Below are positions 25,956-29,204 of a stretch of DNA of 29,204 nucleotides, one piece after another. Below the pieces are notes generated by a model, which was not told the DNA's origin, did not search any database, and saw only the letters and a program-made list of their open reading frames with translations. The DNA comes from Nitrospirota bacterium. GTDB taxonomy: Bacteria; Nitrospirota; Thermodesulfovibrionia; Thermodesulfovibrionales; JdFR-88. The stretch lies in contig JAKAEG010000001.1 of assembly GCA_021819985.1 (NCBI GenBank), forward strand, positions 1 through 29,204, in the 5' to 3' direction. How positions within the stretch are numbered: the stretch's first letter is position 1; each line of letters begins with the position of its first letter. The position numbers and the translations under genes are program-made.

Positions 25956-26642
25956 ATGCATATCCCCGATGGATATCTTAGTCCTGAAACATACGTGCCT
26001 TTTTACGGAGTGTCCCTCTCGATCTGGGCTGTCGCCCTCAAAAAGATGAAAAAGACGCTGTCCGTCAGGCATATTCCCTACCTTGCCATGGCGTCGGCCT
26101 TTTCATTTCTTATCATGATGTTCAATGTTCCCATCCCGGACGGCACTACCGGCCACGCGGTTGGCGGAGGGATCATTGCTATCCTGCTGGGACCCTGGAC
26201 TGCGGTGATAGCCGTTACCGTCAGCCTGATAATCCAGGCGCTCGTCTTTGGAGACGGCGGAATAACCTGTCTGGGCGCTAACAGCTTCAACATGGCCATA
26301 GTGTTGCCTTTTGTATCCTACTGGGCTTTTAATCTCATAAGGGGACGCTCCGTCTCCGGCCCAAGGCTCTATATAGCTGGATTCCTTTCCGGGTGGTTAG
26401 GGCTGTCGGTGGCCGCGGCATGCTGCGGAACAGAGTTGGGAATCCAGCCCCTGATCGCCCATGGGCCTGGCGGAAGACCCCTTTATGCGCCGTATCCCCT
26501 GAAGGTGGCCTTCCCCGCCATGGTATTGGGCCATATGGGCGCATTCAGTATAGTGGAAGGCGCAATCACTGCCTTGGTGCTCGTTTATTTTGTCAAGCAC
26601 GAGCCGGACATGATTTATGCATTCCGGCGCAAGGAGGCCTGA
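25956..26642 (+). CDS. nikM: Nickel ECF transporter S component NikM
   Basis: MHIPDGYL, GTTGHAVGG, GDGGITCLGAN; SD GGAGG; linked to nikR. Confidence 0.88.
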   Translation: MHIPDGYLSPETYVPFYGVSLSIWAVALKKMKKTLSVRHIPYLAMASAFSFLIMMFNVPIPDGTTGHAVGGGIIAILLGPWTAVIAVTVSLIIQALVFGDGGITCLGANSFNMAIVLPFVSYWAFNLIRGRSVSGPRLYIAGFLSGWLGLSVAAACCGTELGIQPLIAHGPGGRPLYAPYPLKVAFPAMVLGHMGAFSIVEGAITALVLVYFVKHEPDMIYAFRRKEA

Positions 26643-26643
26643 A

Positions 26644-26985
26644 ATGACGAAATTTCAGAAAAAACTCTGGGGCGGCATCGCTGTTATTGCGCTTCTTACG
26701 CCTCTGGGGCTCATTATCCCGGCCATATTCCAAGGCGGACTGGGAGGGGGCGACGCATGGGGCGAGTGGGAGCCTGACACACTTAAAAAAATGATAGGTT
26801 TCGTGCCGGATGGATTCAGAAGTCTGCACGGTCTGTGGCCGGCTCCGTGCAAGGACTATAATTTTGCCGCGACTTCCAATGCCGGTCAGTTATTATCATA
26901 CATTGGGTCCGGAATCATCGGCATAGTGGTGGCCGGGCTATTGATATATTTAATCGCGAGGATAACCATCCGGCATGGAAAATAA
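26644..26985 (+). CDS. nikN: NikN / PDGLE-domain accessory protein
   Basis: LTPLGL...AWGEW...VPDGF...AP..DY plus C-terminal TM. Confidence 0.8.
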   Translation: MTKFQKKLWGGIAVIALLTPLGLIIPAIFQGGLGGGDAWGEWEPDTLKKMIGFVPDGFRSLHGLWPAPCKDYNFAATSNAGQLLSYIGSGIIGIVVAGLLIYLIARITIRHGK

Positions 26986-27892
26986 AATACCTGGCTTCCT
27001 GCTTGAAAAGCCGTCATCGCCCCCGGCCATGGGAAGACTCAGGACTTCTTTCATCGAGAATGGCATCCATCATGTGGCGAATATTATCAAAACCGGGTAC
27101 ATCCAGTGGGAGACCGCTTCGGAGGATAATTTCTTCCAGCAGATCGACGCGAGAGTGAAGGTCCTTTTCCTTCTCTTTTTCGTCTTGATCGTGAGCCTGA
27201 AAAAAGACATCGTGCCAGAAGCCCTGATCGGGGTTTTTGTATTAATTTTGACCCTTATGGCGCGCCTCGATGTTATCAGCTTCTATAAACGGGTCCTCTT
27301 CTTCGGCTTCATCTTCGGTTTCCTGATCGCCCTCCCTTCAGCTTTCAACGTCATCACAAAGGGGACGATAATTCTCCCAGTATTGAGCCTTTCAAGACCT
27401 CATGGTTTCTGGATATACCGGATACCAAAGGAAATCGGCATTACGAGGGAGGGGGCTTATGGCGTCGCCATGCTTACGCTAAGGGTCATGGACTCCCTGT
27501 CAATATCTCTTTTCGTTTTGTATACCACCCCATTTCCGGAGATCATAAAGGCGCTGAAAGTGCTGAAAGTCCCCGACAGCTTCCTTATGATCATAACCCT
27601 TGCCTACAAGTATATCTTCATATTTGCAAAGACGGTTGAAGATATGCACCTCGCGATAAAGGGGAGGCTGGCGGGGCATATCAGCGATTCCGATGCGAGG
27701 AAATGGATAGCAGGCAGGATGGCGTTTATATTCAAAAAGACCAGGCTCCGGTGCGAAGAGATTTTCAACGCGATGCTTGGCAGGGGTTTTTCGGGCGACG
27801 TGCGGATTTACCGGGCAAGAAGGCTCCGCGCAAGGGATTGGATTACAGGAGCCGTCCTTTTCATGAGCGGGATTATATTTTTATTGATATGA
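26975..27892 (+). CDS. nikQ: Nickel ECF transporter T component NikQ
   Basis: QQIDARVK, LAYKYIF, AMLGRGF. Confidence 0.87.
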   Translation: MENKIPGFLLEKPSSPPAMGRLRTSFIENGIHHVANIIKTGYIQWETASEDNFFQQIDARVKVLFLLFFVLIVSLKKDIVPEALIGVFVLILTLMARLDVISFYKRVLFFGFIFGFLIALPSAFNVITKGTIILPVLSLSRPHGFWIYRIPKEIGITREGAYGVAMLTLRVMDSLSISLFVLYTTPFPEIIKALKVLKVPDSFLMIITLAYKYIFIFAKTVEDMHLAIKGRLAGHISDSDARKWIAGRMAFIFKKTRLRCEEIFNAMLGRGFSGDVRIYRARRLRARDWITGAVLFMSGIIFLLI

Positions 27893-27902
27893 GGTGATTT
27901 TT

Positions 27903-28724
27903 GTGGAAGACATGATAAGCCTTGAAGGGATAAGCTTCAGCTACTATAACAGGATTCCCGCTCTCTGCGACATGAGTTTAGGCATTAAAGAGGGGGAGAG
28001 ATTCGCCATTATAGGCGCAAACGGAAGCGGCAAGTCAACACTCTTACAGATTATGAGCGGCCTGATACATCAATCGGAGGGGAAATATTTTTTCAAGGGC
28101 AGGGAGATATCGGAACATGCCCTGAGGGACAAAGGTTTTTTGCGTTTCTTCAGGGAGAGGGTCGGCTATGTGTTTCAGGATTCCGATATCCAGTTGTTCT
28201 GCCCGACTGTCCTGGATGAGCTGCTTTACGGCCCCATGCAGTTGGAGCTGAAGGAAAGCGAAGCCTTGGACCGGGCCTTCGAGGTAATGAGGATACTTAA
28301 TATCGAGAATCTGAAGGACAGACCCTCCTACATGCTTTCGGGAGGAGAGAAAAAAAGGGTAGCCATCGGTTCGATCCTGACCATGAACCCGGAAGTATTA
28401 CTCCTCGATGAGCCGACAAACGGTCTTGACCCCAGGACGCAATGCTTTCTCGTCGAATTGATGCTTGCCTTAAATGATGCCGGAAAGACAATCGTAATAG
28501 CGACGCACGATTTGTCCCTGGTCGGCGAACTTGATGCAAAGGTAACTGTGCTTTCAGAAGACCATCGGGTCGTGACAACCGGCAGAGCCGATGATATATT
28601 AAAAGACGAGAGTATTCTTCTGGATGTGAATCTAATCCATGAGCATATCCATTTTCACGGTAAATCTTCCCATAGCCACTTGCATTCTCATTATCTATTC
28701 CATCGGCACAAAGATAGGGAGTGA
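27903..28724 (+). CDS. nikO: Nickel ECF transporter ATPase NikO with His-rich tail
   Basis: GANGSGKST, LSGGEKKRVA, LDEPT, ATHD; SD GAGGTGA before GTG 27903 (27894 or 27912 also possible). Confidence 0.88.
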   Translation: MEDMISLEGISFSYYNRIPALCDMSLGIKEGERFAIIGANGSGKSTLLQIMSGLIHQSEGKYFFKGREISEHALRDKGFLRFFRERVGYVFQDSDIQLFCPTVLDELLYGPMQLELKESEALDRAFEVMRILNIENLKDRPSYMLSGGEKKRVAIGSILTMNPEVLLLDEPTNGLDPRTQCFLVELMLALNDAGKTIVIATHDLSLVGELDAKVTVLSEDHRVVTTGRADDILKDESILLDVNLIHEHIHFHGKSSHSHLHSHYLFHRHKDRE

Positions 28725-28875
28725 GCAAATATTTATGCTTTAAACGGTAATTCTCGTCATACCAGCGAGATGTTGGACAGAGGATACGTTCGTAACTGTT
28801 ACGGCGATGAGTCGAAAGACTGTTGATCGTTACAATTACATGGAAACAACTGTATTTCCATTAAAATTTTGCAAA

Positions 28876-28912
28876 AAAGGAGGATTTTGTAAGTTGCTTG
28901 AAATTTTATGAT
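28876..28912 (+). repeat. Bipartite motif AAAGGAGGAT-N16-AATTTTATGAT, copy 2
   Basis: Matches 25866-25902. Confidence 0.6.
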
Positions 28913-28924
28913 ATGACAAGAATT

Positions 28925-29203
28925 TTATGGATTAAGCAACCTTTCCCGCAGCAAGGTATATCTTTTTTGAGGCTTGTCATTTTTGATCGCGATTGCGATG
29001 GCCTTTTTTGTCCCGACAAGCACCACCAGCCGCTTGCCGCGGGTGATGCCTGTATAGAGCAGGTTCCGCTGCAGCAGGATATAATGCTGCGTCAGGACGG
29101 GCATGACTATGGCGGGATATTCGCTCCCCTGGGATTTGTGAATCGAGACGGCATAGGCGAGGACGATCTCGTCAAGCTCCGGATAATCGTAATGGACGAC
29201 CTT
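28925..29203 (-). CDS. recD2: ATP-dependent RecD-like DNA helicase, C-terminal 92 aa (5' end outside window)
   Basis: Hand translation: LAYAVSIHKSQGSEYP...LQRNLLYTGITRGK (SF1B motifs V/VI); not in the ORF track. Confidence 0.92.
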   Translation of the reverse strand, partial: KVVHYDYPELDEIVLAYAVSIHKSQGSEYPAIVMPVLTQHYILLQRNLLYTGITRGKRLVVLVGTKKAIAIAIKNDKPQKRYTLLRERLLNP

Positions 29204-29204
29204 T

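Noticed and set aside
25889-25981. 30-aa uORF overlapping the nikM start
   Set aside because: SD is 15 nt away, only one His and one Cys; no support as a leader peptide
1-29204. CRISPR array, rRNA/tRNA, integrase or transposase
   Set aside because: No spaced repeat array or diagnostic motifs seen

Overview
Accessory region of a diderm bacterium (outer-membrane receptor and porin present; gene content suggests an anaerobic Desulfobacterota/Nitrospirota-like host, which is inference). It is bounded by two housekeeping-type genes cut by the window edges: an isoprenyl transferase (uppS) on the left and a RecD2-like helicase on the right. Block 1 (0.5-10.1 kb), signalling/regulation: two copies of a divergent module (C-protein-like XRE regulator, ACT-N3-AGT operator over the -35, stand-alone receiver gene), a PAS-PAS protein with a Cys/His tail, a convergent diguanylate cyclase and GGDEF-EAL pair, a CBM48 protein, and an ArsR / Cys-rich / CopD-like metal operon. 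Block 2 (10.1-14.0 kb), a GC-richer, tightly overlapping four-gene conjugation-type operon with no T4SS or integrase in view: lytic transglycosylase, truncated NusA paralogue, TraD-like coupling ATPase lacking an N-terminal anchor, and a membrane-anchored HD-domain protein; a decayed histidine-kinase fragment lies just upstream. Block 3 (14.4-28.7 kb), a Co/B12/Ni uptake island: B12 riboswitch-cbiMNQO-Cys-rich gene, B12 riboswitch-btuBFCD-tonB, nikR, YHS protein plus OprB-family porin, nikMNQO. Two pairs of direct repeats bracket sub-blocks of the island. No CRISPR, rRNA, tRNA, integrase or transposase was seen.
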